A stretch of 63,882 bases of DNA, the filler included, from Octopus bimaculoides (Eukaryota), in NCBI RefSeq assembly GCF_001194135.2. It is 6 parts of 6 records of this genome, joined end to end, with 100 filler letters (N's around TTAATTAATTAA, not from the genome) between each part and the next. Parts side by side here need not be neighbours in the genome. Positions count along the whole stretch, not along the records: positions 21,030 to 29,463 come from NC_068992.1; positions 29,564 to 35,293 come from NC_069004.1; positions 35,394 to 62,559 come from NC_068993.1; 3 more parts are not named here. One strand, given 5' to 3'. Both the position numbers and the translations under genes were made by a program. Below are positions 26,360 through 39,657 of the stretch, one piece after another. The notes under the pieces were generated by a model, which was given only the letters and a program-made list of their open reading frames with translations, was not told where the DNA came from and ran no database searches. Position 1 is the first letter of the stretch, and each line of letters opens with the position of its first letter.

Positions 26360-27300
26360 ATATGTATAATATAGTCCAGGTGGCTGTGCAGGAAATGCAT
26401 TTTTACACTCGTCTTGTAGCCCAGTGCTCGAAAGCTAATTAACGAGGTCTGCACAAGTTCTTCATAATTGGACTTCCTGTTTCCCATGAAATAAAACATA
26501 ACCGCAGTAAAAGTATTCCACGTTTCTTTTACAACGCCAGTCTCCAAAAAGCTCATTCAGCAATAACCACCTAATCTGTCGCTCGTCAAATTCACTGGTC
26601 ACCCAGGAAAAGCATTCTAGGAATTGTCAACAATTATAAATTAAGCAAATGCAGATTTGTGATGGCAAAGTTCCATGAAGAACATGTATACGACGAAGTT
26701 CTATTTACAGTTCTTTGACTATGCTGGACAAAAAGTTGACATTGACTCATGTGACATTAAAATTAAAACATTAAGGGCGGTTTCAAAATACCAATTTCCA
26801 TAAAAATAGTTAACGGTTCAATGAAACATGTCTCACCTGGCATAGCATGGGCATAGCTGCAGAAAAATTCCACTTATATGAGACATGTATTATGTCAAAG
26901 ACCACCGAGGTGTGTTGTTTATTAACCTCATCATCAGGACATTTGAAACTAATTGGATTGAAAATAATGAGGGTTGCATGAGTTTGATGCTTTTTATTGA
27001 CTGAAGATATTTAAATCCTGACTTTTGCTTTCACTTTTGTAGTTGTATTTACGTTAAATGACATTGAAAAATTATATTTTCAAAGTTATGTCAAGTTCTA
27101 TTCATGAGTCTGCATTTGGTGAAGCCATATTTATCCTTAGAAATGGTAACAATACTGGAAATATTGAAAAATTGACATTTGAATTTGTGAAAAATCTGGA
27201 CGTGATAGAGCAAAATGGATTTCATTTTGGAAATCAACCCCCTAAAATTACTAGGAAACATGTCTCCAGCGACAGACAACAAAAACCATATTCTCCGGTG
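26360..27300 (-). mobile_element. Decayed Chapaev-like (CMC) DNA transposon
   Basis: WNTF..V...MGNRKSNYEELVQ...FRALG..TSVKMHFLHSHLDY (26320-26556 ORF) is homologous to 42640-42989. Terminus ...attctccggtg|taa at 27300 with subterminal motifs like those at 43240-43360. The Chapaev assignment is from recall. Confidence 0.6.
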
Positions 27301-27674
27301 TAATTATTTTCTATAATGAGCAGCAACAAAAAGAAGCAAATAAATCAACGATAAACAAAATACAAATAGACTAAAAAGAAAGCTTTCCAAGGTGGAGATT
27401 CTCCCGTATCAGTAAATCAGCTGTTGGTTTAATTCTTACCTTCAATAACATATTTCTATAAATACTAGCTTCTCAACTTTCCGACATTACGTTTTAATAT
27501 TATATTCTGATATTCCAGAACTACTTAACGTATTCCAGTATTCTATTGTGGGTTTTTAATAGAATATTGTAACTGTAGTAACTCCCACGAACATCAAGGT
27601 TAGGTTTTTGTATGTCGGTGTAGAGGGTATGTGTGTGCGCGTGTGCGCGGGCGCGTGCCCGAATTTCCTATTTC

Positions 27675-27729
<55 letters not shown>

Positions 27730-27945
27730 TCAACAACAACACCAATAATAATTGTGATTAGTAATAGCAAATTAAGAAATAAATGTTAGGAATGCTCCCG
27801 TTTCACATCAGTTGCCAATTTGGTGAGAGCAGGTGGTTTGTTTGAATATTACTATGGTCATACGCACATACATACATACATGCATACATACATACATACA
27901 TACATACATACATACGTACGTACATACATACATACGTGAGGAGGC

Positions 27946-28024
<79 letters not shown>

Positions 28025-28562
28025 CGTATATATATATGTATGTACATACACTCACATATATACATGTGTGTGTGTGTACGTGTGCCTAAGCATGCGTTTC
28101 TAGCATACATACATACATACGCACTCACAAGCGCAAACATATATCTACCTTTGCATATGTATATACGTATATACACATATGTAGGCATGTCCGTGTGCGA
28201 TTGTGCGTGTGCGTGTGCGTGTGCACGCGCATCTCCCCCCCCCCCAATATCTGTTGTAAAGTTAAGAGAGATTCATTAGCGCCATCGGCTAAATTTCTCA
28301 TGATTAATTTTATTGGAGTGTGGTATGACATGGCAAGATGAGATGGGAGTGGTGGGTAACGGAAAAGGTAGAATGGAAGATAAAATACCTAGCAGCATTT
28401 GTCAGGTTCCGGGTTCAAATCTGGTCGAACCCGATTTTGTCTATCATCATTCTGGAATCGATTAATAATGTACCGATTAAATACAAACCATCTCTTCTCT
28501 CTTTCCTTCTCCTTTTCTCTCTTCCCGACTGCATCGGATACGTTCTACATATATATACTCTA

Positions 28563-28880
28563 GTGGCACTCCGTCGCTTACGACGACGAGGGTTCCAGTT
28601 GACCCGATCAACGGAACGGCCTCTATTCGTGAAATTAACGTGCCAAGTGGCTGAGTACCCCACAGACACACGTATCTTTAACATAGTTCTCGGTTAGATT
28701 CAGCGTGACACAGAGTGTGACAAGACTGGCCTTTTGAAATGCAGGTACCAATCATCTTTGTCAGCTGAGATGACCAGAGCAACGTGAACTAAAATGTCTT
28801 GCTCAAGGACACAACGCGTCAACGGGAATTGAACTCGCGACCTAACGATCGTGAGCCGAATACCCTGAACACTAAACCAT
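28563..28880 (-). mobile_element. Near full-length SINE family D
   Basis: Reverse complement runs from the tRNA-like head (gtcgcgagttcaattcccgttgacgcgttgtgtccttgagcaagac) to the 3' end ...cctcgtcgtcgtaagcgacggagtgccac. Confidence 0.8.
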
Positions 28881-28963
28881 AAATTTTATACAGAGAATAA
28901 CAGTACCAGAGCAGGCACTGGTGTTAGAACAAGCTATACTGCGACAGTTACCATGAGAGAAAC

Positions 28964-29300
28964 AAACTCTGACATTGGCTTTTTTGGCGCAAAATGAACT
29001 CTTGTTTATATCGCTAGCAAGGAGGTGGAGATAAATATTACCACTTGGTATAAAAACTGCCTCTGTCGCTAATAAATATTTTTTAACAACCTTACTGGGT
29101 AATCGCGGCACCAGCGCCTATTGTGGCACTGTTTTTCTACATATCGCTGCTGGAGATGAATCACTGGTACTTCTAGTGGCCAGCGTTCGTCATTGACAAG
29201 TCAACAGACGGCTGAAATCACGTGAGCTGAGGTGGCGGGGATTTATCACACCGCTAGTGATATAAACAAGAACGTGCACCGAAAGCCAATACGAGAGTTT
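28964..29300. mobile_element. Putative non-autonomous element with ~70-bp imperfect terminal inverted repeats
   Basis: aaactct..attggcttt..g(c/t)gca..cttgtttatatc(g/a)ctagc..gataaat at 28964-29036 recurs inverted at 29241-29300. Confidence 0.5.
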
Positions 29301-29816
29301 CTAAGGGACTTAGGGACTTAAGGTACGATATTGCTCCAAACTAAATATCAAAGAAGCATTAAAAATCTTAAGAATCTGTACAAAATACATTATATTCATG
29401 TATAGTCGTGTAGTGAGTATATGTGTGTGTGTATAGATAGATAGATAAATGAGTGATATATATNNNNNNNNNNNNNNNNNNNNNNNNNNNNNNNNNNNNN
29501 NNNNNNNTTAATTAATTAANNNNNNNNNNNNNNNNNNNNNNNNNNNNNNNNNNNNNNNNNNNNCAGCTTAATATCATTCAAAGGTTTTAACTAAATCCAT
29601 GTCCGTGTGTGTGTTTGTGTGTGTGCGTGCGCGCATAATTGTTTAAAGCTTGACTGATGAATAGAAACCCAAGAATGTTCCGTCCTGGTTTTCCAGTCCT
29701 TCTTTGTATCGTCCACCTGTCCGTATGTTTTCATTGTCGTCCGTTACGTTGTTGTTCCTTTTTTTTTATTTATATATATATATGTAATGTGCACGTATAT
29801 ATATTTCAATTTTATA

Positions 29817-29877
29817 TAGGCGCAGGAGTGGCTGTGTGGTAAGTAGCTAGCTTACCAACCACATGTTTCCGAACATT
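29817..29877 (+). mobile_element. Family B SINE head only
   Basis: aggcgcaggagtggctgtgtggtaagtagctagcttaccaaccacatg. Confidence 0.7.
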
Positions 29878-30114
29878 AATGAACAAGAGAAGTATACACG
29901 TCACTGAGATAGTTCATAAATACTTGAAATCGGCCGATCGAACGGGATGAAGTAGGGCGGCACTAAAAGTATCCACAAACCTTGCCACCCTGTTTCGTCA
30001 GTCAGCCACATTGATTAATGTTTTAATCAAATTAATTGAGGGACGAAACAAGCGTAGCAGCAGCATTTCTATGAATTTCACGTTGCGTCTAATTTCGTTT
30101 TGGCAAAGCGGATA

Positions 30115-30295
30115 ATATATACATACATATACACTAACGCATATAGATATGTATCTACACACACACACACTAACGCATATAGATATGTATCTACACACAC
30201 ACACACTAACGCATATAGATATGTATCTACACACACACACACACACATATAGATATGTATCTACACACACACACACACACATATAGATATGTATC
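30115..30295. repeat. Minisatellite of (CA)n-ctaacgcatatagatatgtatct units abutting a gap
   Basis: At least four catatagatatgtatc repeats separated by (AC)n. Confidence 0.8.
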
Positions 30296-30799
30296 NNNNN
30301 NNNNNNNNNNNNNNNNNNNNNNNNNNNNNNNNNNNNNNNNNNNNNNNNNNNNNNNNNNNNNNNNNNNNNNNNNNNNNNNNNNNNNNNNNNNNNNNNNNNN
30401 NNNNNNNNNNNNNNNNNNNNNNNNNNNNNNNNNNNNNNNNNNNNNNNNNNNNNNNNNNNNNNNNNNNNNNNNNNNNNNNNNNNNNNNNNNNNNNNNNNNN
30501 NNNNNNNNNNNNNNNNNNNNNNNNNNNNNNNNNNNNNNNNNNNNNNNNNNNNNNNNNNNNNNNNNNNNNNNNNNNNNNNNNNNNNNNNNNNNNNNNNNNN
30601 NNNNNNNNNNNNNNNNNNNNNNNNNNNNNNNNNNNNNNNNNNNNNNNNNNNNNNNNNNNNNNNNNNNNNNNNNNNNNNNNNNNNNNNNNNNNNNNNNNNN
30701 NNNNNNNNNNNNNNNNNNNNNNNNNNNNNNNNNNNNNNNNNNNNNNNNNNNNNNNNNNNNNNNNNNNNNNNNNNNNNNNNNNNNNNNNNNNNNNNNNNN

Positions 30800-30880
<81 letters not shown>

Positions 30881-31999
30881 TACAGACAGGTAGATACGTA
30901 GACAGAAAGACAGATAGATAGATAGATGCATGTCACTACATGTTTATAATTGCATGTATTATAATGCATGAGTGTATAACTAGTTGCATCCATGTGCATG
31001 TAGTAGTGCATATATCTTCCAAGCACACTGTTTATATTTATTTTTTTATTTATCTTTCTTCATCCATTTTGTTTGGCGGCGGTGGTGGTGGTGGTGGTGG
31101 CGTTGCAGTCACCGCTACTGCTGCTGCTTTTTCTTGCCTGTTGATACTGTTGTTGCTGAAGTGATTATGGTTGTTGTTGTTGCTGTTGTTTGTGGTTCAA
31201 TTGCAAATCTTATTATTATTATTGTTGTTGTTGTAGTTATATTCGTTGCTGTTGTCGATGCTGCTGCTGAGAACGTGGTTTTTGTTGTTGATTTCGCTTT
31301 CATTATTGTTACACTTATGATTCCTGTACGAATTTTGTTGATGTTGTTTTTATTGTTATTATTACTCTTGCGTTGTTGTTGTTGTTGTTGTATTTATTGT
31401 GATCCCCGTTGTTGTTGTTTTTGTTGTTATTTACAATGATTTCTTCCGATATTAACTATAATCCGTAATCTTTATCGATAAGTTGTTAGTTCCGCTTGTA
31501 GAACACAACTTATCGATTAGCTGACCAATTCTACCAAGAATCTGATTGATCTTCTTTTGGTTATGGCTTTTTACGGTCTTTTATTCATTTCTTGCTTATT
31601 TTTTTTTTACTTTTTGTTGGCCTTGTTATTTTTTTTTATTTATTCTTTTCTGAATCTTTTTTTCCTTTTCTTCTTCTTTTTCAAGGGAGTAAATGTATGA
31701 ATGTTCCTTGAAACGAAATAAACAATTAAACATCCACAGTCACAACAGCAACAACAACATTAATAAAACTAATAGAAAATAATTGTTAATGCTAACAATA
31801 ATAATAACAATAATAACATCAGTGTGATTATTATTATTATTATTATTATTATTAGCAATGTTATGATGACTAAAATAAAAACGGAATCACGAAGCTATGC
31901 CCACCGCAAAACCTATAATAAAATATATGTAAATACATGTACACTCACACACACATGTATATATATTTACACACACAACACACACACACATACATATAT

Positions 32000-32037
<38 letters not shown>

Positions 32038-32168
32038 TTACACACACACACACACACACATACATATATATTTACACACACACACACACACACATACATA
32101 TATATATTTACACACACACACACACACACANNNNNNNNNNNNNNNNNNNNNNNNNNNNNNNNNNNNNT

Positions 32169-32213
<45 letters not shown>

Positions 32214-32447
32214 CATACGCACACAGACACATATCGAAATATGACCACGTTTATACATGTACGTAGGTATGTGTGCGGGAGTGAGCGTGCATGCGCGAGC
32301 ATCTACTTCCAGGAACAAACCACTAACAGCAAATTGCTTCTAATAACACGTATTGGCCCTGAAGATTATAATGAAACGATGCGGAAACAGCTATTCACTT
32401 GCCATTTGTATTTACATATATACATAGCCAGACGCAAAGAGCAGTAC

Positions 32448-32488
<41 letters not shown>

Positions 32489-32600
32489 ATTACATATTTA
32501 TACTAACGCGTATTTATTGAAAGTTATATATACATAGAAACGCACACAGTTATAGATCATAGATGCATATATATATATTTGTGTGTGTGTGTGTGTGTAA

Positions 32601-32848
32601 TTACGGGCGTGGCTATGTGGTAAGAAATTTACTCGCTTTCCAACCACATGGATGCGGGTTCACTCTTCTATATACACCTGTGTGTGTGTACTCCCAGTAC
32701 CACTTTACAACCGGTGTCAGTTTGTTTATACCCCCCCCCCCAGCGGTTCGGCTTAAAACGACCGATGGAATAAGTGCCAAACTAAACCCTTCACGGCGGT
32801 ATCCCAGCATGGCCGAAGTCTAATGACTGAAATAAGCAAAAGATAACA
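32601..32848 (+). mobile_element. Family B/C SINE, internally deleted
   Basis: Head gtggctatgtggtaag...ccaaccacatgg...gggttca; 3' block cagcggttcggc...ccagcatggccgaagtctaatgactgaaataagcaaaag. Confidence 0.7.
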
Positions 32849-32972
32849 GATGTCATTCGCGAAATATGAAGAAATGTATGCATATATGTATGCATATATG
32901 TATGCATATTTGTATGCATATATGTATGCATATATGTATGCATATATGTACAGAAATATGCATACGCTGATG

Positions 32973-33004
<32 letters not shown>

Positions 33005-33339
33005 NNNNNNNNNNNNNNNNNNNNNNNNNNNNNNNNNNNNNNNNNNNNNNNNNNNNNNNNNNNNNNNNNNNNNNNNNNNNNNNNNNNNNNNNNNNNNNNN
33101 NNNNNNNNNNNNNNNNNNNNNNNNNNNNNNNNNNNNNNNNNNNNNNNNNNNNNNNNNNNNNNNNNNNNNNNNNNNNNNNNNNNNNAATATATTTATCTTC
33201 TTCAATATATATTTCAGTATAAAGAATTCATTAAGAGACTTAATAAATCAAAATTATTTTACACATCTTCAGGAAAAATAAATATAACACCAGAAAACTA
33301 CATTCGGTTTAAAAATACAGACCGTTCATGGCGAAAAAA

Positions 33340-33435
33340 TTGGGCAAGTGTCTTCTACTGTAGCCTTGAGTTGACCAAATCCTTCTGAGTGGATTTGGCA
33401 GGCAGAAAAAAAGCCCATCGTGTATGTGCGTGTGT

Positions 33436-33484
<49 letters not shown>

Positions 33485-33685
33485 TCACCACTGCTTGACA
33501 ACAGCTGTTGGTGTGCTTACGCCCCTGTAACTTAGCGATTTGGAAAAAGGGACCAAAGGAATAAGTATCAAATTTGAACAAAGTTCTGAGGTAGATTCAT
33601 TTGAGAAAAAAAAAAAAAATCCTCAACTCAATGCTGCAGCATGGCCGTAGTCTAAAACTACAGCAAACAAAAGAAAAGAGATAAA
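33340..33685 (+). mobile_element. Family B/C SINE with internal (GT)n
   Basis: ttgggcaagtgtcttctactgtagcc, (GT)n, ctgcttgacaac...taacttagcg...cagcatggccgtagtc. Confidence 0.78.
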
Positions 33686-34468
33686 ACGTATACACACACA
33701 TGTAACAGGGCGTCTATTTCTAGCATAAAATCTGGTATGTAGCAGTAATTGTAGATTTTACGACAAACACATTTATATCGGAAGCAGCCTATTTCAAAAT
33801 ACGTTGCCTTGGTCTTCTTTGTTCTAAGAACACAACAGGAAATCTTTCGTTGGTTTGGTTTCTATTTCTGGCAGATCAAGCTATCCACTCAATATTCCAC
33901 CCTTTTACACCATCACTAGTCAAGTTTTACGCCATTATAAACTCGACTCACTGGGATAACAGAGAGATGTTGGAGGCCAGAAATAATAGCTTAATCACTC
34001 ACAAACCGCATTCTAACGTCTTTACTGAGATCAAAGACATTTCGATTATGAGGTCTTAGGAGCAATGTGGGCACAGAAAAGGAAGTGACGCCTGTAAGAG
34101 CTTTAATCATAGTTCTGGATCAAAGATGACCCAGGACCTTTAGGCTAACAACGCCTGTATTTGCAGGTAAGTACAACAGTTATTACAATACTTAGGATTG
34201 GTTGATGCAAAAGGAAATTGGATATCTAAGGGTAATTTTCATATTGTGTCATTAAGAAGGAAGCGTCAACGCTTGACGAGAATTACAGCAACGTTTACAA
34301 TATATATTTACTCTCTGTTTCTTCCCCTTGTTCTATCTATTTATTTGTGTGTATATATATATATATATATAAACATTATATATATATATATATGTATGTG
34401 CTTGGTGTATATACCTATATACATATATTTATGCAAATATATGTAGAAGTTTATATATCCATATATAC

Positions 34469-34534
<66 letters not shown>

Positions 34535-34702
34535 TTATATATGTATGTATGTATTTAGATATTTATATATGTGCACATATATGTATGCTTGCTTTTGTAT
34601 ATGAATGGTTGGATAAGATAGATACATATTTATGCTGTTATATACTTGCAACACATACAATATATATGCGCATTGTTATATACATACAAATATATACATT
34701 AT

Positions 34703-34734
<32 letters not shown>

Positions 34735-36020
34735 ACCGTACAAACTCAATTTTATTCTCATCTTTATGAACTCGCAGACGACTTTGAAATGAGAGGTTAA
34801 TCGTCTTAGTGTACACGTTGGTTGTTTTCGTGGCCTGACATCTACACAGACACACTAATGCCCATATAATTACGTATATACCAATTATGATATATATACA
34901 TATATACATACATACAGACACACACACACCCATACAACCATGTGATGTAGTGATGTATGTAACAAGTCCTGCATACAGCCATTCATTTAGCTACGACTCT
35001 CTCGTTTATCCATTTGTGATGGAATGTGGCTGGCATTGATTAAGTTAGCCACGAAGAGATTGCTGTAGACTTACACTTTCAAAAACAACCAGCCCCAGTA
35101 ATTGCCATAGAAACTTTTACAAATTGTCCACTTATCTGTGTAATTGAATTGGTTTGGAAAAATAAATAAGTTCGCGGCGCATGCGCCGACCCGCCTTCTG
35201 CTTACTCAGCGTTTAGCGTTCATTCACTGATATACTGTCTTCTGCCCTGCCTCTCTCTCTCTCTCAAATTATACATAAATATATACATATATANNNNNNN
35301 NNNNNNNNNNNNNNNNNNNNNNNNNNNNNNNNNNNNNTTAATTAATTAANNNNNNNNNNNNNNNNNNNNNNNNNNNNNNNNNNNNNNNNNNNNGGGTCAT
35401 TCGTGGCCTTCTTTCGTCAGTCAAGTTACCAGATACCAGATATTCTTACAGTTTCGAGCAGTTACACTTGAGACTGTTTGATCTGGTTTCCTCCAAAAGT
35501 GTCTAAGCATTAGATCTTTTGTAAGAAAGCTAGCGAATGTGTGCGACAACAAAGACAAAAAAGGAGAACATGGTACACAACTACAAATATAAACAACAAG
35601 ACTATAACAATAGGTGTCTTTCGACTGAGGACGAATCAAATTGAGCTGGCATGTATAAAGTGAAAGCCTAAGGGCAGGGACATAGGCGATGGACATAAGA
35701 GGTGTTGGCGGTCGGTAGTCAGGCTAAGAAAGAAAGATCATGGCTGACCGAACACAGGTCACGTGGAAGGAGGTGAGAGGGGTTGGGGCAGGTGGATCAA
35801 AGAGACAAAGGGAAATGTACTGGGGAGATTAAACGAGGAGGAAAAGTGAGAGTTACAGAGAGGGCCAAGAAATGTGAGAGAGGGGGAGTGAGAATAGAAA
35901 AAGAGGAAGAAAGTATGTGGGGTACTAAGACACAGAGTAAAAGAATTGTACAAAATTTAAATACATACTATAAGGTGAGAAAATGTGTAATCACGCCGCT
36001 ATATGTATATATATATATAT

Positions 36021-36178
36021 GGTGGTTGTCTACTCCTTAAACAGAGTTTGACCACCTCCTACACCTACACCTTAGCCCTTTCATGGCGTCTGATGTGGCT
36101 TTTGAAACCAGACAGTGTTTTGAAAAAACACCCACACAGATTGCACCTCTGATTTGCACTACCAATACCTGCAAGTAA
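36021..36178 (-). mobile_element. 3' end of the zinc-finger-tailed RTE family, (TA)n tail
   Basis: GIGSANQRCNLCGCFFKTLSGFKSHIRRHERAKV*, 3' UTR ggtggtcaaactctg..agtagacaaccacc, then (TA)n. Same family as 57413-59593. Confidence 0.8.
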
Positions 36179-38464
36179 NNNNNNNNNNNNNNNNNNNNNN
36201 NNNNNNNNNNNNNNNNNNNNNNNNNNNNNNNNNNNNNNNNNNNNNNNNNNNNNNNNNNNNNNNNNNNNNNNNNNNNNNNNNNNNNNNNNNNNNNNNNNNN
36301 NNNNNNNNNNNNNNNNNNNNNNNNNNNNNNNNNNNNNNNNNNNNNNNNNNNNNNNNNNNNNNNNNNNNNNNNNNNNNNNNNNNNNNNNNNNNNNNNNNNN
36401 NNNNNNNNNNNNNNNNNNNNNNNNNNNNNNNNNNNNNNNNNNNNNNNNNNNNNNNNNNNNNNNNNNNNNNNNNNNNNNNNNNNNNNCTAACATATATATA
36501 TTGTTTATATATATTGTTATACATATATATATTGTTTATACTATTATTTGACTGAACGCCACGCATCCATTTCCAAGTAAGTTTATCTTAATCTTTTTGA
36601 TGCGACTCTACTCCATACTGTTTTCTCCCCTTCACCATTTTCTCTCTCTCTCTACCCTTTCTCTTTTTCTCTCTGTCGTTGCTCACATGTGACCATCGTC
36701 CATCATTCTCTTCCTCGCGTGATTATCTCTCATTTCCTTCAGGACTGTCCTAAGGACTGGACGTATTCTACCTCTCTCTTCTATCTTTTCTCTTTTCAAA
36801 GAAAATATTTTTCCAGCGTTCGCTAGTTTACATTCGTTTTGGTCTAACGACCCTCTATGTTTGTTTTCGTTCGGTTTCCTTGTATGTCTCTGCTGTCCTA
36901 TTTTTGTTCCCAACTTTGACCCTCCATAAATCCAAAATATTATTTTGCTACTTATGTGAGCAACTGTCTTCGAAGACTCATACTGTCGTTCAGTGCTCAA
37001 AATGAGGAGTAGATAGACAGCCGACAACTAATGAAGAGTTGTTCTTTGGGAATGTTAAGGTATCGGCTTATTGAGACAGCTTATAACCATTACTACACAA
37101 TTGGGACTTATTCAGTCAGGGCCATTCCTACCGAGTTGGAATAACACTACACTTTTCGGGCAACCTCTGCACAGTAAAAATTGATAGGGTACGAGAAGAC
37201 CAGTGACGGTGGTGGAGGAGGAAAGAAAAGCTAAGGAAATGGGAAGAAAAGAAAGGAAAGAAAAAGGGGGAAATAGAAAAGAAAATAAGAGATAGGGAGA
37301 GGTTTGCGACGAGCTACAGCAAAGCATAAGGGAGTGGAGGAGATATGCAGTAAATACTAGGCCATAATGAGATGTATACGTTAGGAAGCCCGGATGTTAT
37401 ACAGGGGTCACCGATGTCTAGACACATTGAATTTGGAACAGGAATATGCTTTAAAAATCTTGCAACTTAATGAATAAACAAGAAAATTCGCAATATGTAA
37501 ACAAGAAGAGAGAGTTTTATCTAGAACATTTCAACTTTCCAAAGGCACACAAGTTACATTTGCTGTAGTGCTCGACATATTTATATATTCTTTGACAGTT
37601 GTATCCATTTGAGTGACGGGTTTCCAATTCCTTGCATTTCCAACAACCAAATATATTTTGACATTGAGGCTGAAATTCATTTACTCCTGTCTAAAATATA
37701 TGATCAATACATTTCCTTCCGAGGCATGTATTGCCGAAGAAACAATTGGCTGTTTTTCCTATGGTTGCACTCTCACCGGGATTCCATCATACTGTTTCTA
37801 GCTACTTTATTGTGGATAAATATCTGGGACCTTGTGTTACTCAGACAATTAAAGGCAGTTATAAATTATGTTACTGAATATTTATCTACGAGAATCGTGT
37901 GATGAGCATAATAGGTTTTCGAGAGCGACAAACCCACATACATTCAAAATCATTTTGTACTATCCTACCAACATGGAAATTTGGGGTTACAACCAAGTTG
38001 TCAGTTGTGTCACATTGGCAAACTGTTTAATTTATTATAAAATTCCGAATGTTTAGCTGTAAGTTCTGAGCTTTGTCATCGCGTAAACACAGTCCCAACT
38101 CGTTATTACCAACTATAAATTTTTAAACTCGAGCACTTAAGCAATTATTGGCAACAACAGGATTTCGCCTCCATCTTATACATTCCTACTTCTGTTTAAA
38201 AAAAAATTCCTTTTCTAAAACTTTTTTTTCTTCTTTAAACATTTAAACTATTTCCCTAACATGCATCATACAGTTTAGATATGATTTTCTCTCCTTGTCC
38301 TCATATACTATTCATTCATATTTTTATTCATATACACCATTCAAAAGCAATTTATTTCCATTTTCTATGTCTACTTATTTTATTCCTCCCAACCCTTTTT
38401 TCAATACATCCTTCAAAAGAGCGGTTACTATATGTCAAAGAATTAAGACCAAAAGCAGTCAAAC

Positions 38465-38630
38465 AAGACTTTGGCTGTGTAGTTAAAAAGCTCACTTTGC
38501 AACCAAGTGGTTTCGGGTTCCATCCTATTGCACAGCACCTTGGGCAAGTGTCTTCTCCTATAGCCCCAAAGTGACCAATGCTTTGTGAGTGAATTCGGTA
38601 GACGGAAACTGTGTTGAAGCCCGTTGTAAA
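38465..38630 (+). mobile_element. Family B SINE
   Basis: ggctgtgtagttaaaaagctcactttgcaacc..gggttccatcc..gcaccttgggcaagtgtcttctcc..ggtagacggaaactgtgttgaagcccgt. Confidence 0.78.
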
Positions 38631-38656
38631 ATTATTTATATATATATATATATATA

Positions 38657-38706
38657 CTTTATTTAAAAGCAGCAGAAATATATATTTCTGCTGCTTTTAA
38701 ATAAAG
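38657..38706. repeat. Perfect 50-bp palindrome
   Basis: ctttatttaaaagcagcagaaatatatatttctgctgcttttaaataaag equals its own reverse complement and directly follows (TA)n. Confidence 0.95.
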
Positions 38707-39248
38707 CACATTACTCTACCTCTGGTATTTGAGTACTCTTTTTTCCACCTTGTTGCACATTCTATGTGATTACTCCGGTATATAGAGAGAGATGGACAAA
38801 GAGAGAGATGGATAAAGAGAGAGATGGNNNNNNNNNNNNNNNNNNNNNNNNNNNNNNNNNNNNNNNNNNNNNNNNNNNNNNNNNNNNNNNNNNNNNNNNN
38901 NNNNNNNNNNNNNNNNNNNNNNNNNNNNNNNNNNNNNNNNNNNNNNNNAAGAAGAAGAAGAAGAAGAAGAAGAAGAAGAAGAAGAAGAAGAAGAAGAAGA
39001 AGAAGAAGAAGAAGAAGAAGAAGAGGAGGAGGAGGAGGAGGTTCTCTTGTTCAGTATAGTAACTGCTTTCATCCCTTATAAAGAAGAAATGTTTATCGCC
39101 ACTTAAACATGACTGTCCCGTACGAACCGATGTTACTGCCATTTTTAACCCCAGGAAGACGCCTCCTCCAGCTACTTATTCGATGCAACCTGCCCCCGAT
39201 ATGTATAGCAAGCAGGGGAGTGAACCCCTACTATCTTTAGCTACGTGA

Positions 39249-39297
39249 TCACCAGAGCGTACGGTTCCAACCGTTTTGTGGTCTTCCTCGGTGATGG
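39249..39297 (-). ncRNA. Degenerate minimal type I hammerhead ribozyme-like motif (second arm)
   Basis: Minus strand: CCATCA-CCGAGGA-A-GACC-acaaaac-GGTT-GGAA-C-CGTACG-CTC-TGGTGA. Confidence 0.5.
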
Positions 39298-39443
39298 ATA
39301 TTCGTCCTCTAGAGATAGCAGTACTTCACTCCAGCTTGCAATATATATAGAAATCAAGTGACACACACTTATAGAGATTTTTTAACTAGCTAATTTGTTT
39401 GTTACAAGATTAGTGAAAGTGTGTCACTTGATTTCTATATATT

Positions 39444-39657
39444 CTTTTCCTTCTAGGCACAAACCCCGAAATTTTGGGGGATGGATGCCAGTCGATAAGA
39501 TTGACGGCAGTACAGAACTGGTACTTAATTTATCGACCCCGAAAGGATGAAAGGCAATGTCGACCTCGGTGAAATTTTAACTCAGAACGTAAAGACAAAC
39601 GAAATACCGCCAAACATTTCGCCCAGCATGCTAACGTTTCTGCCAGCTCGCCACCCT
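39444..39657 (-). mobile_element. Family A SINE with a perfect 17-bp TSD
   Basis: cttgatttctatatatt at 39427-39443 and 39658-39674 flanks a full-length family A copy. Confidence 0.92.

Noticed and set aside
33875-34166. Possible exon between ...ttctggcag| and CAG|GTAAGT
   Set aside because: All three frames hit stops and no recognisable protein results. A non-coding exon cannot be supported without RNA data.
36683-37902. ORFs of 97-114 aa in unique sequence
   Set aside because: No recognisable domains, splice context or codon bias.
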